In this document: one piece after another, positions 25,596 through 39,600 of the stretch
Layout of the letters: the number at the start of each line of letters is the position of its first letter
Position numbering within the stretch: the first letter of the stretch is position 1
The notes under the pieces: model-generated
What the model saw: the letters and a program-made list of their open reading frames with translations, nothing else
The model's database searches: none
Told to the model about the DNA's origin: nothing
DNA from: Antedon mediterranea
Taxonomy: Eukaryota > Animalia > Echinodermata
Length of the DNA stretch: 64,000 nt
NCBI RefSeq assembly: GCF_964355755.1
Contig: NC_092675.1
Location: forward strand, 22,664,912-22,728,911
Direction: 5' to 3'
Program-made: the position numbers and the translations under genes

Positions 25596-27597
25596 TTAAA
25601 ATTGCTTATTAAACGACGGTACTTCAGTTTCAAGTACCAACTAATTTCAACTGTACAAAAAAGTACAATTTTGAGTAATTTGAATGCGACAAATCGCACC
25701 ATACCAACAATTTCCCCCTTTCGACCATAGCCTACATTCCAAATCCCAATATTTCAAATAAAATAGCCACACACATTTAAACACATAACACAACTGAAAT
25801 ATCTTGTCATAATGCCTTATAAAGTAATTATACGTAACAATTCTTTTCAGATCGAAATATCTCCTAATATGAACAATGCAAAATCAACATTATAATATCA
25901 AATGAATGTACGTGTAAATAGATTGAATAAATAATACATTACACATAAGTATCGCTAAATAAACATCTAAACCAATGTATACTTTTTGACAAAACAAACT
26001 CTATGATAAGATTGTATTTTTTCTATAGCAGAGAATTTTAAATTATGATATTAAGGTTAACTGTTTTTACTGTGTTTTATATTCAATTGGTGAATAAGGC
26101 CACAGGAACATGGGGAAATTGAAGGAATTGTGTAAATAATCTTAACAACGTTGTGGTTATGATTCTAATGACCAATGAAGATTTTGAACAAAACATCGAA
26201 TGCACTTTTATCAGGGTAAAAGAAAAGGAAATGATTTCAGGATGAAACTAATAAAAGTTAGTGCAACTACCTTGATACTCTAATGAACCAAACGTGATTG
26301 TATGTACCGAACAGTCTGCTATTAAAGTGATAACAATTACCTTTCATCATGTCAGATACAAATGTAATGAACGACATCTAAAGGTAGGCCTCTGAAGGTC
26401 TAACCTATACTGACTGTGACAAACGACACTAGTCGGCTGTTTGTGTCATTTGACTTTTTTTTAAATAAAGATATACCGAATATATAAAATAAAAAATAAA
26501 TAAATAAAAAATAAACAGATTACAGGGCGGTGAATCTAATATCAACAAATACAATTCAAATAGGCATCTAATTAATCTAATTAAAAAGATGAGATTTGAA
26601 CTTTTGTCACCCAAACGTGTTCATTAACTTTAAAAAATAATATATATATATATATAATAATCTTCTTTCAGAAAAAGAGTTGAACACTTTAAGAAAATTA
26701 GAATAAATACTTATTGTATAGACATTATATCTTATACAATATTTACTATACGCATTAGACTACATTATATCTAAATCAGTAAGATATTTAATATATTTAT
26801 TTAAAAAATAAGAAGATAAATAGAAAAGATGAGTGGTTGTAATTTGGAATTGCGTAACGAGCCAAGTGAAATCATACAACATCCATCCATACTCATTTAA
26901 CATATCCTTTGGCTTCATAACATAAGGCAAGTTTAATGTGTTAGAGCTTTTATATTGTCATCCTATATCATTTCAATGATTTGTCATCCCTGGGTGACAG
27001 GAGTTAACATGACACAATCTTGAATATGACAAACGGATGAATTTCATTGAAAAACATTTGCACATTCTAGATTGTAAGTTGCATTAACCCTATCAATTAG
27101 TAAAGAGATAAATAACATAGTATTTATTGCATGTTCGAGGTTGATTTATTACACTCGGAAGACAGAGCGTACACTGCGATAACACCAATGCTGAAACAAC
27201 CGATACATTAGAGAGATTAAATCAAGAACAAATTAAATCAAGACTTATAAAAGCAGGCAAACAAATATTGTTAAATCTAGCTTCAGTATAATAAACCCTG
27301 TTTCATTAGTTACTGAAACGAGTAGAAAATATATTTTTTTAAATAATTTTTTAGCATGCGTGATGGAAGAACATTAGTACTCCAAATGAGGATATTAATT
27401 ATTACGAAAAGAAAAAACGACATTGAAGACAATTGTTGGACAAGAAACGAACACACTAAATGTTTATTTCTAAAATCAATTCTAGCTTAAGTTTCACTTG
27501 TTTCTTACTTTCTTATATTGCCTTTTGGCCCCCAATGCACTTCTGATAACGATAAACTAAACTGCACCTTTTCACTTCAACAGAACATTGAATCAGT

Positions 27598-27975
27598 AGT
27601 TTCATTTCATTTCATTTCATTATTTATTTGGTCTATTTAAGTATATACAAAACAAAAAAACTGAAATTGGGGAGACCAGGGTCAACCTAAGTGAACTTAA
27701 TCACTGTAGCTGAGCCGGTTGACCCAACCTCAAAGTCAGTTTACACATAAAAGACGTAAAGACAAAATACAGTTACAGCGAATCAAAATGAATATGAACT
27801 TTTCTAATGAAGGCTGATAGGCTTTCTAGGACTGCAGCGTCTGGCAACGGTCTGGGAAGCTGGTTCCAGACACGGGGTAACCTGATTGCTATAGAATGGA
27901 AAAAAGCCTGTGTCCTTGATGCTTGATGTCTGAAGCACCAGCGATCATTGTGACGAGTATTTATTAAAATACAGT
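27598..27975 (-). mobile_element. CR1-like LINE 3' end
   Basis: Translation SRTQAFFHSIAIRLPRVWNQLP...LSAFIRKV, a 3' UTR hairpin and an aaataaataat(gaaat)n tail. Confidence 0.75.
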
Positions 27976-28817
27976 TATGAACTGTGCTGCAGTCCAGAAA
28001 CCCCACCAGAACCTTAAAACAAAATATAATAAGAAATTTATCTCTTCTAACAGACAAATATTTGGGTGTTTGGTTCTGTTTGCTACTGTATAAACATAAT
28101 GTATACAACACGGCAAGATATCTATAAAGTTGACATTAAGACGAAAGGTTAAACAGGTGTTTGTGTTTACGACCTAAACATGTATTGTTTTTTAAATATC
28201 ATCTTGCCATTTAATGCATTATTGCCATGTTCAAAGGCACGGATCAGGGAAGAGTAAAATGTTTACCCTTCCCTGGCAAGATGAAGCAAAAACAATATTC
28301 TTCTGTACAAGCATATTGTATTGTTTTTTTTAAGCAATTGTTTCATTTTTTGTTGTTTAATTGTTATATCTGAAATTCATGCTTGTAGCTGAGCTTTACA
28401 AATTCTCTCTTCATATTGATTTGTATGTTGTTCTTTCATTCGTTTTTTTTTCGAGTGTTGTTTTCAATTATTTTAATTACAAAAGCTAAAAACAATCGTC
28501 CTTCACGAACATTCAATCAATGTGATGTTCATTTAATTAATATTAAATCAATATCGACAGTGAGGTAAATTAAAAAATCCATTAAAAAATATTTGAAGGC
28601 TGTACAAGTTAATGACTTATTTATTGAAAGCTTTTAAATAATAAGCAACTGAGTTGAAGTGTGCTTCGTTAATGTTATTCCGTAATTTTGTTATGTTACT
28701 ATAGCTATCATGCATATCATTTTTCTATAACTATCCTTTATGCCTATCATTTAATATTATGGCTATCCAATGTGTAGTAGCATTGTCTAAAACTGGCAAA
28801 ACAAAACACAATATCAA

Positions 28818-29002
28818 CTAGACTTACGTAATTCATTATTCGCAACGTTTTCACGTCCAATCATGGACGCATCACATCACCGATGATGCTTCCGTGTTTG
28901 GACGTCAAACGTTTCCATTAACTGCGTAAGTCCAGTTTATTTGATTTACCTTTTTTCTTACGCATTTACCTGGATAAATGACAACTTAAATAAACATAGA
29001 AA
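28818..29002. mobile_element. Short Penelope-like terminal remnant with inverted, degenerate hammerhead-like halves
   Basis: Flanked by the 10-bp direct repeat acaatatcaa (28808-28817, 29003-29012). It has an internal inverted repeat at 28821-28932 and ends ttacctggataaatgacaacttaaataaacata, like PLE termini. Confidence 0.55.
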
Positions 29003-31559
29003 ACAATATCAAGTGAGCGAGTAAAATATTATCAACAAATCTAAAAAAGAAATATTTTGTTGTTATTTTTATAATTTAATTAGACTTAAATGTATCAATC
29101 TTTCCAACAATAAACAAAATTGTCTCATGGTATAGGCCTAATTATAGAAGGGACGTTCTACTACTCTCAGGGTTCTAGTGTGGATACAAATTGCGACCAG
29201 AACGACCCGTTGTCATAAATGTTGGCATACGATGGGTTAGACTTGCTCCAAGTCTGTATTTATTGTCTTTTTTATGTAATTCCACACGTCGTCGTTTTGA
29301 TTTTTGTCTGAAAATCCAAACTCAAGTAATACACGTATGAAACGCCATATGTGCAAAAATATTTATATTTTTACTAATATTAAGACAAAACTCCGTCTGG
29401 AGCCCGACTAACGATGGGTCTAATAGGCATATCTTTCTCTTTTACCGAGTATTACGCATCAATTAATGTAATGTTACGATTCCATAATGAGCTCAATGTT
29501 CTTGTTGTCAATTCCTTCTGCTACACACATGGCTGTAACTCATTCCAAACATTACATTCCTTACTTTTCCGGCTTCCGTTTTCCATCTTCTTTATGATGG
29601 CATGTTCAAAGAATTTTTTTTCAAAATACAGTACGATCCTCATTTTCTAGAATTTCACAATTCTGCCCTTTAAACAAATTAATGTATCCCTTAATTTTCT
29701 ATTTGAATTCATTCAATTTTTCTTCTGTTTCCACTGCTCGGGTATCCATGGAGTCTCATGGGGGTATTTAACTGTCTTCACAGTCAACCAAACTACAGAT
29801 AAAATCATGATGCAGTCAACGCAATATTTTCCAATTCATTTTAGTATTCGCCTAATAAAATTCGTTGGTTGTCTATTACATTGTTCTGTTCATATTTCGT
29901 TTATCATCTATCTCCATATTAATGATGGTTTATAACGAATCTCTTTTACTTTATAAAGTACTGTTTTAAAGGCACGAAGGAAGTTTAAATCGTGATATAT
30001 GCTAATTCATACATCTCGTTACAATTAGCTGATAGTGTATGTGAACGTGTCGATTGTTGCTTGAAGCTAAACAACAAGATACATTATATTAGTCATTTCA
30101 TTAATATCAACAGTAAATGCATTATTAAAAAGTACCACCCTTGATTAGACGTAACTGTAGAACAATAATGTAATATATTCCATTCATAAATTGTAACCAT
30201 AATTCTATACCTATAATTTCTTATAAGATGAATTTGAAATTCCTTAAGAATGACTTGTTGACAGTCATTCTCAAATACTTTATGGGCCCAAACTTAATAA
30301 AAGTATGTACCGATATAAGCCAGGCTAAAACCTTGCGAACTTGAGGAAACTCCAAACAAGGCAAAGTAGGCCTATATAGTATATATTGTCTCCGAGTTTG
30401 ACAAGAAAGTTTGCTATGCAATAAACCAGTTGATAAACTTCGGTTGGCTGCAGAAAACTAGCTTTCAGAAGTTTCTAATTTCTAAACTCCATTAGACCGT
30501 GCACCTTCGTAATGTTTTTCTGAGGTTTGTGAATTCAGTGAATCAAATTTAATAATAATAATAATAATCATCTTTAGGTACTAAACAGTAATTTGATCCT
30601 CTAGATAAACAAAATTGCATTCCCCAGTAACTAGTCTAGGCGGCGAATCCCAAATCAATTAAAAGAATTTAAGTTGACATTCATACAAAATCAATGATAA
30701 CGCTAAAATATATAATCATTCTAACTGAAACAATGACACAGAAAAGAAAATAACAAATGTTTTAAAAAGATAACACACCTTTTAACAGATTCATTTCATT
30801 GAAAGTATAATATGCCTACTAGTTAATAGGCCTACGAAGTGGCACTGGTGTGATGCTCTAACTAACAATGATTAAATCATTTTACTTATAATGTAAAAAA
30901 TTCAACCAACAGCTGTTTTACAAAACAGTAAATTTGTGTAAATTTCTGACAGAGATTGGATTTGTATACAGCTATATATACTGAAACATTTGAAAGTATG
31001 ATGGTGTCAATGTTATGCAATCATATTTAACCGTAGCAAGACCGTATTTCTTTATGACTCGACATACTTTTTTGCTATTCAATTAAATTGCATATTATAT
31101 CAGTCTACCGTTACTGTATATAATAAATGTATATCACTAGCAAAGTAATCAATATAGTAAAAGAAAAAGAGATAATTTCACTCGAAATGAAATGTTGCAA
31201 TGGAACGTTTGCCAAGTCACGGTGGAATCGTTTAATTTATTTATTATCAGAAATTATCACCAGAATACTTTAAATACTAATGGTGCACTATGTGAAATCC
31301 ATTAATTTAATATGTATTTTATCTCTTAATAATGTTGCCATCTAGCCTTCTGAAAAATGTACACAAGAAAAATTGTCATCGAAGTGAATATTATATATGA
31401 ATATAGTATATATTGTATAAGATTGTCAACAATCACCCGTGTCACCCGTCATCACTACCAGAGGCCGCGCGAGTAATTCAAGAATTGTATCTCTGATATT
31501 AGAAATCTAAAATTATGTTTTAAAACAAATTAGTTCTATAAAGAAAACAAAAACTTAAA

Positions 31560-31872
31560 CATGTTTCTCAAAGAACGTGTTAGGCCTATAAGAATTTGGA
31601 ACAACTTACTTGGTGAAATTCGCAATTTAAATATTTCTGTTCTTTTAAAACCAAATTGTGAAATTATTTCAATACTTTTGAATAATGTTGATGTTGAAAA
31701 TGTATGTAGTTGGTCGCTTTCTGGTAGATGCTTTAATTGTAGAATGTAATTTGTGCTCTGTTCTGGGTTGACCAACTAGCATAGGTGTTTAGCACCTGTT
31801 TGGTCTTTTCTTGCCCTTTATATTTGTTTTGTCTTCTGTGTATTGTATATGGCAGAAAATTGAATAAATAAA
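31560..31872 (+). mobile_element. LINE extreme 3' end
   Basis: Codes RPIRIWNNL...EI, an ORF2 C-terminal motif. It has the hairpin gaccaa...aggtg-tttag-cacct...ttggtc and an aataaataaa tail. Confidence 0.5.
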
Positions 31873-33059
31873 AAGATAAATAATAAAATATGAAGAAGGC
31901 AAAATCTAAGAAAGAAATTGGGAAGTTCAGCTGCATAAATACCATGCGGCTATACTCAAACAATATATTTAATTGATGCATTTTGAGCACTGATTTCCAT
32001 CTGCTTTCTAAATAAATTGGAGCCGTTGAATCTACATGTAAGGAATACACACATTCTTTTAGTAAGTACCTAACTACATTGATATTTTATATTTTGAAAT
32101 GATGTTTCGCTTTAAAGCCTAGATAGCTTGTTCATATAGTTGGAATAGTGATTCCTGGATGGGCACTTCGTTAAGCACTTTTGTGTTGATATAGTATATT
32201 TTCAAACAAAAAGTGCAATTAAGACTAAAACCTATGCAAATTATTGAAAAAATAACACAATAACAAGTTTTTAATTATTTATCTTCATCTATTCACACAC
32301 CATGAAAAATAATGCAGATATACAAGAAGATATGCAAAAGATGCAAGATTATTTGGAAGGATGAAGGAACTTATATAAGTATGTGGCTGTCTTCCATCAC
32401 TGAAATACACGGCTAAACATTAAGCATAATTCACTTAAGTCTTCTAATGCAAATAGGTTAATTATTCTTCAAAAAATTATGTTGATGAAGTACCTACATT
32501 GTTTTGATTAACGATACGTCATATAATGATACACGTTGAATAAATATTAATGATAACGATGCAGTATCTGACTATGGGTCTGCCTACTGAAAAATTATTA
32601 AAAGACAAAGTTCACACGCGACGAACATGATTACAGATCTTAGTATTAGAGCGTTGGTAAATGGTAATATAGAAGCAATTATATACAACGCTTCATAATT
32701 CGTTATAACGCTTAATAATTCGTTATTATAGTTAACATTAATGGCAACAGATGTTTGATTCACATGATTTTTACCTTCAATTGGCCGTCAGGTGATGGTT
32801 CATGACGCATCTTACGTTATAATTTAAAAATAAAGTGTTTAATCGAAAGTGAGTATATCATTTTGTTGGTCGTAAAACAACAGCATGTAAATTGAGATCA
32901 ATTAAGGAAAATGACGGAATTATTTTCGACATGGTATTTTTTATGACACTCCTTCATCATGTTCATGAATTAACTGCAATATGCAGTAAAACATGTTTGT
33001 AGACAGTGTAAATTGTAGGAAGCCCACCTGTACCGACAAGGACTTTGATGTTCATCAAC

Positions 33060-34235
33060 TGAAAATGGGGCTTTCTGAACTTTCAATCTATTCTAAACTA
33101 TTCCTTAACGATGTAAACTAGGTCTCAAAGAGTAATTAGTATTAATCTAAACTATTCCTCAAAGAGAAATTAATTTTAATCTAAACTGTTAATTTTTAAA
33201 CTAATATTCCTCAATTAGAGGTTAGTTTCTAAACTATTGCTCAATGAGGCATTCGTTTCTGAAATATTCCTCAATGAGGCATTATTTTCTGAACTATTCC
33301 TCAATGAAGAATTCCTTTCTGAACCATTTACTAATAAGGCATTATTTTCTGAACTATTCCTTAATGAGGCATTAGTTTCTGAACTATTCCTCAATGAGGC
33401 ATTAGTTTCTGAACTATTCCTCAATGAGGCCTTAGTTTCTGAACTATTCCTCAACGAGGCATTAGTTTCTGAACTATTTCTCAATGAAGAATTCGTTTCG
33501 GAACTATTCATCAATGAGGCATTCGTTTCTGAACTATTCATCAATAAGGCATTAGTTTCTGAACTATTCCTCAATGAAAAATTCGTTTCGGAACTATTCA
33601 TCAATGAGGCATTCGTTTCTGAACTATTCATCAATAAGGCATTAGTTTCTAAACTATTGCTCAATGAGCCATCCGTTTCTGAACTATTCATTAATAAGAC
33701 ATTAGTTTCTAAACTATTGCTTAATAAGGCATTCGTTTCGGAACTATTACTCAATGAGGCATTCGTTTCTGAACTATTCATCAATAAGGCATTAGTTTCT
33801 GAACTATTCATCAATAAGGCATTAGTTTCTGAACTATTCATCAATAAGGCATTAGTTTCTGAACTATTCATCAATAAGGCATTAGTTTCTGAACTATTCA
33901 TCAATAAGGCATTAGTTTCTGAACTATTCATCAATAAGGCATTAGTTTCTGAACTATTCATCAATAAGGCATTAGTTTCTGAACTATTCATCAATAAGGC
34001 ATTAGTTTCTGAACTATTCATCAATAAGGCATTAGTTTCTGAACTATTCATCAATAAGGCATTAGTTTCTGAACTATTCCTCAATGAGGCATTAGTTTCT
34101 GAACTATTCCTCAATGAGGCATTTCGTTTCTAAACTATTCCTCAATGAGGAATTCGTTTTTAAACTATTTCGAATGAAGAACTCATGGTTTCTGAACTGT
34201 TTCTCAGTAAAAAACTGGTTTCTGAACTATTCTGC
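33060..34235. repeat. 30-bp minisatellite (over 30 units), stop-free on both strands across about 900 bp
   Basis: The unit is ttctgaactattcatcaataaggcattagt. Copies are identical at about 33770-34070 and diverge toward both edges. It produces ORFs 33215-34114 (-) and 33237-34133 (+). Confidence 0.97.
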
Positions 34236-34240
34236 TATTA

Positions 34241-34729
34241 CACTGTAAAAAATAGTGTTTAGATCTTAAACACCTATTTTGTACCCACTTTTTCCACACG
34301 TTTAGCTTTTAGACACGAGTTACATGTTTAGCGTGTTTAAAAGCTAAACGTCTTTATAGCTACATGTTGTTTTCCTCCACTTGACTAATGTCAATATTAT
34401 GTTCAATTACTCCACATGTTTAGCAGTCAAAATGTTTAGGTATGTGTTTAGCGTTGTGTGCATACGATTTTACTGTGGCGGAAAAAAGCTCCACACATGA
34501 GCTCCACACATGGCAAATTAAACACGTTTAAAACCTAAACTTGTCTTCATATTGCTCCACATGTTTAACAATCAATACGTCACTGATGTGTTGAGTTGGA
34601 TACAGACTACATGTTTAGAATGTGTTTAGAACCTAAACATGTTTCACATCTAAACATGTTTAAGGCTAAATGTGTGGAAAAAGTGGGTACAAAATACATG
34701 TTTAAGATCTAAACACTATTTTTACAGTG
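34241..34729. mobile_element. Non-autonomous CACTA/EnSpm-like MITE
   Basis: CACTGTAAAAA...TTTTTACAGTG termini, TIRs of about 70 bp, a TA duplication and many internal acatgtttag motifs. Confidence 0.9.
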
Positions 34730-35416
34730 TAATTGTAAACAGAATAGAGATAGACTGCAGATAGAATATAAAGTTGAAGTATAACAATTTTACGAAGAAA
34801 TAATGATTAGAAGGAAGCCTAAACATAATGATAAATGAATTAGTATGTTAAATGCTAAACACTTCACATTTGCGAAACGGGGTAATATGGATTTTGTGTA
34901 AGCAGCAATGATGACCTGTTTTTGGTGTTTTCACTCAGCTCTAATCATTTATTGAATATTAATGGATTTGAAAGTGAGTGCAGTAAGTAGTAAATTCACA
35001 TTCAATGATGATCGATCGGTGATATACTTTAACTTGATGAAGAAGAAAATAATTAAGTGTTGATGATGCATAGTTTGTTACCGTTTAAAATTGCAAATTA
35101 ACGTTTAACAAGTTGACTCTTTCTCTTGTTTTGTGATGGTCTGTTACCATTTCTTGTCTTAACAACATTTCATAATACCCTTGAAAAACTTACTCAATCC
35201 TTTTATCCTTAACACTATCATTCAATTTAATCCGTGTAATTCTTTCCGATAACATTAATTATTAAATATTTGTTGAGTAAAAAGCACGTCTTTTCAATTC
35301 CTTCCAATAGAATAATAAAGTATTTCAAAATTAATTCATAAATATTTTAAATATAAATGCGTAGGTGTAAGCATATACTTAAAACAAATAAATAATTGAG
35401 GAATCAAATAATGGTA

Positions 35417-35506
35417 AAAGAGAAAATGGAACGATCAAAGAGAAAATGGAACGATCAAAGAGAAAATGGAACGATCAAAGAGAAAATGGAACGATCAAAG
35501 AGAAAA
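35417..35506. repeat. 20-bp tandem repeat (4.5 copies)
   Basis: (aaagagaaaatggaacgatc)n. Confidence 0.9.
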
Positions 35507-35703
35507 TTGGAGCTTGTTTGGTGCTAAAAGATGCATTACTGCAATTAATAATAATAATCCTATTTTAAACTATAGGCCTACTTGATTTTGTCGGTTTTAC
35601 ATTGACACAAAAAGAGATCATTTTTCTTGTAAAATAAATGTCAATGCGCCTACTACAGCACTAACCAAGGTAATCCATTTTAGTTTAAATCAAGAAAAGG
35701 ATG

Positions 35704-35807
35704 AACAAGGCCATATATACACGCAGTCGCGTGCTTATAAATTTGAGTTAGTGTTTACCGACCGACCGACATAGTGAGCTGTAGAGTCGCGTTTGCATGC
35801 GACTAAA
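35704..35807 (-). mobile_element. Internally deleted Helentron-associated (HINE/DINE-like) element
   Basis: Minus strand reads tttagtcgcatgcaaacgcgact (subterminal IR), a (gtcg)n microsatellite, a second gcacgcgact copy and the terminus ggccttgtt. Confidence 0.65.
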
Positions 35808-36376
35808 CAGAAATGAAATATTTTGGTGCAATGTTAATTTTAGTGGTTAAAATTATAGATATTTTTTAAACAATGGTGGTTTATACAATTTCTATTACAA
35901 TGTTTATTTTAAATGAGCATGACATGTTCATATAGGGCCTGTATCTTGTGTAATCGGATATAAATTATAAATAGATTTTGTTGACTGAGTGATGAAAGTT
36001 AATTCCAAACAGTTCTACTAATTTATTCAGAAATACTCATTAGAAGTTTTCTCTTTGGCGATATTAATCCATCATTTTTATTATCAGCTCAAGGATCCCT
36101 TCCCAATTCTTCAGCTGTCCCGGAAACATTTATATTGAATAGAAATCTTTGATAGCTTTACTTGTATTCTCTTACCATCGTACGATACATACTGTCCCGC
36201 CCTCAAGTCGTTATGTACAGTAGACTAGTATATAATCAAAATATCATTATCTGTATTTAATTGTATAGATGTACTATTATATTACATTTTCTAATAGTTA
36301 CTCAGCTAAGTGAATCTACAGTAAGAATTCAACTTTTAGAAATAAGTATAACAAATGTCGCGTAACTTAAACTTAA

Positions 36377-36682
36377 AGACGTATTGTCCCCCAAAAACAT
36401 GAAAAATAAATATTAATTAAATAAGATTTTGAATAGGTTATTTTGTAGTTTATATTTTCCCTTATAAAATGACAAAAATAAATGGTCAAATTCAACCAAA
36501 AATCCATTGCCTGGCAGCCAATTTGACTATTTTTTTTGCTTAAAAAATTAAAGATTTTTCAATTCAATTTTTTTTTCGATCTAATTTTTGATCGAAGTGG
36601 ATAACTATTATATGACATTAAAATGTCTTATTCAACAACATCAAATTTAGATAATTATTTTTTCAGAAGGGACAATACATCT
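36377..36682. mobile_element. Short Kolobok-like MITE
   Basis: TIRs agacgtattgtccc / gggacaatacatct with flanks TTAA and TTAC. Confidence 0.7.
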
Positions 36683-39600
36683 TTACGGTATAAGGTCAAC
36701 CAAAACGTTGTATGACAAGCAAAGATGACGTGTAAAGTGATCATATAGGTGGTTTGGTTAATCCACAGTAGGCCTACAATAATGTATATAACGTGATCAC
36801 CATTTTTTTCTCAAGATATCCTTGTTGTGACGCGTGAGTATAAAGTTAATGTTTAGGTTGTGCAACTCTTTCAAAGTTGTGCGAGAATAATCTATACAGT
36901 ACATATAATAGGAAAGTCTTGTAATATGCCTATCCTTTTTAATTTCAGTTTTCAATTGGTAAACATTTATAGTTTAACATACGGCTTGAATCGAATTGAA
37001 TCGGACAAATTACAAAGTAGAACACCATTAGCTTACATTATGCGTCTTATAAATACTAGCCCCAAGTTAAAAACATCTATTGGTTAGTAGAAAAGTAAAG
37101 AGATCTCTATCCAAAATGTAAACAAAACTACTAGCCCAAAGGTGAAGGAAAACAACTAGCACAAAATAAATTATAATTACTCTAGCCCACAGAAAATAAC
37201 ATTGGTAAAATATATCCCAAAGGTATGAAAACCACCAGCCCAGAGTGAAGAAAAACAGCCTATTAAAATAACAAGTCCAACAATTGGAAATCACTAGTTA
37301 TAGAAATAACAATTTCTAAATTTAAATAATGACAGAATTTGTCAAAATGTACCGGTTCTAGTAAGTAGTATTCTCAAATGCTACTGACCATTTTATCTGT
37401 TTACTGTTCACTTAAGTTCCGGTCAATCGAAACGATGCTACAAATAAGACTTTAATCACACAGGCTTATAAGGATTGAAACTACATTTTCAGCTCAGCCA
37501 CCAAAAGGACGTAATAATTCGAACTGCATGACAATACCATGCCATGGCCATGGTCGCATTGTTCCGTTCTTCTATTTAGTATTGAAGATAGACAAAACTT
37601 TCTAAATACCAACTTATCTAAACGTATTGTTGTGCTTGATTGAATCAATTATATATCTCATATATTTCCTCCATGAATATAATTATAAAAAGATAAAATC
37701 TGTAAAGATGTACACATGCCAACCCACCAAACTATAGGTTATCATATTATTTTAAAGTTGGGAATTCCACTTTATGGAGAGTGTATGTGGGGTTTAGGGT
37801 TGTTGGGGAGGTGGTTGGTACCGCCTTCACAAATATGTTAACACAATTAAGACCATAAAACATAATTGCGTTATTCGACCATTCAACGGAATCAACGGAT
37901 TCAATTCAACCCCAATGGCCCCTGTCTGAAATCCCCCTTTTATATAATAATTCCAGGCTGCTTAATATGCTAAGTGATTACTTTATTCTTACCCTTTATA
38001 GTTCATCATGCGTGACATCAAAACAAGTACCACATTCATATTGATTTCTATATAATCCGATTGACATGGCCTTTTAGAACGTATTGACAATACACTAAAT
38101 AATTTATTAGAGACTTACTAGAGATATTACAAAATATTCATTTTATACTAAAACTTCAATGAGAATAAACATTTAATAAAACGTAGGGAATAATGCTTGC
38201 ATACCGATAATGAGGTTGGCCTATAGAAATTAGGTCGGAAACCAGCTACAACTTCCCTGCAAAAATGCTATAGGCCTACCATGGAAAGGGGGGGGGGGGG
38301 TGGAGATATGGCGCAGGGGAAAGAGGGGTAGAGAGAGGGGAGGAGAGAGTGGGGACTAAGACTAGTGTATTTTTTTCCTTGGTTGTAATAATAACAACAC
38401 TGGTGATGTCATTTGCTTTCGTGAATGAAAAATGTTAAATGATAATATATGACTGAGCTTTGCATTTATCCTTGTTATTGATTAATACTATTCTGAAATC
38501 CTCTATAAAAGTCGAGTTAAGTACCGGTGTAGAAAAAAATACGTCACGTTTACATATAGTGAACCAGCCTCGTTGAACATTTCACTACAAAAATGGCGGC
38601 GGTTGTTTAGATCGTTAATCATTGATTGTATTATTGTTGTCGAGTGTTACAATAGTAAACTAACAATACATTCACCACTGAAAGCCTGTGAACTTGGTTC
38701 ATGGCACTACGATAATTTACGTTTGGTATTTAAAATGTAGGCCTAGAATAAAAAAAAAACATGAAACTTCCTACTGCTAAAAATCCATTGAAATCGCCAT
38801 TGATGTTATTACAATATTCATGGTGGCTTTCAAGCAAGTAGGCTTAATGATAATGTCATATAATATAATAAATAATAATAAATGTAATTAAAAAGCACTG
38901 AAAACTGCACATCCAAAGAGTTTGTTGTGTTTTCCAGTGCATGGGAAATTGACAATAATAAGGCGAGCGGTCGATGTTTTTATTCTTTTTAAATTTGAAT
39001 CAACTATTGCCCTATAGGCAATACAGTAACTAATTAGGACAAATCGACCACAGCGTGTTGTCTGTCTTGTTACGAAAGCACAATGGTCTCCTTAACTTTT
39101 CGAGTTTCTTTATGATCAAGCCCCTTTTGTTCGCTGCTTCAAATAGCCTTATAATAAGTTGGTCGGACTTTGGCATGGGCAATACATTCTTTAAGCCTAA
39201 ACAGCAAGTATGCCTATAAAATGGATACCCACGGAGAGTTTTTAACCATGCAAGTTAAATTATGAAACACCATGCAATAAAAAAAATGACTCCCATATTA
39301 TGGCCATGGTACGTTATAAATATACATGTGTAATTTCAACTACCCACTGATAAGAGTGTACATAATAAATCGTTTTAACAGAAAAAAAAAAATCCGCCAA
39401 GAAATCATGAAACGAGGAAACTATTATATATATACAGGTATTGATAATTAATGGAATGATGATCAATAGAAATTGTCATTGTATAGACACCGTACATCGG
39501 GACAACATTAAGTCATGCTTTATTTGTTACAGTTAGCATGATAGGTGATAAAATAAACATTTAATTAAACAATCAATCTTGCCACCCAGTACAAAGAGAG

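Noticed and set aside
33215-34133. Two 298-299 aa ORFs as real genes
   Set aside because: They are explained by a 30-bp unit lacking stops. There is no signal peptide, unique domain or clear splice boundary. Kept only as a finding.
38590-38605. YY1-like aaaatggcggc promoter motif
   Set aside because: It is isolated with no linked exon, and such motifs are common inside MITEs.
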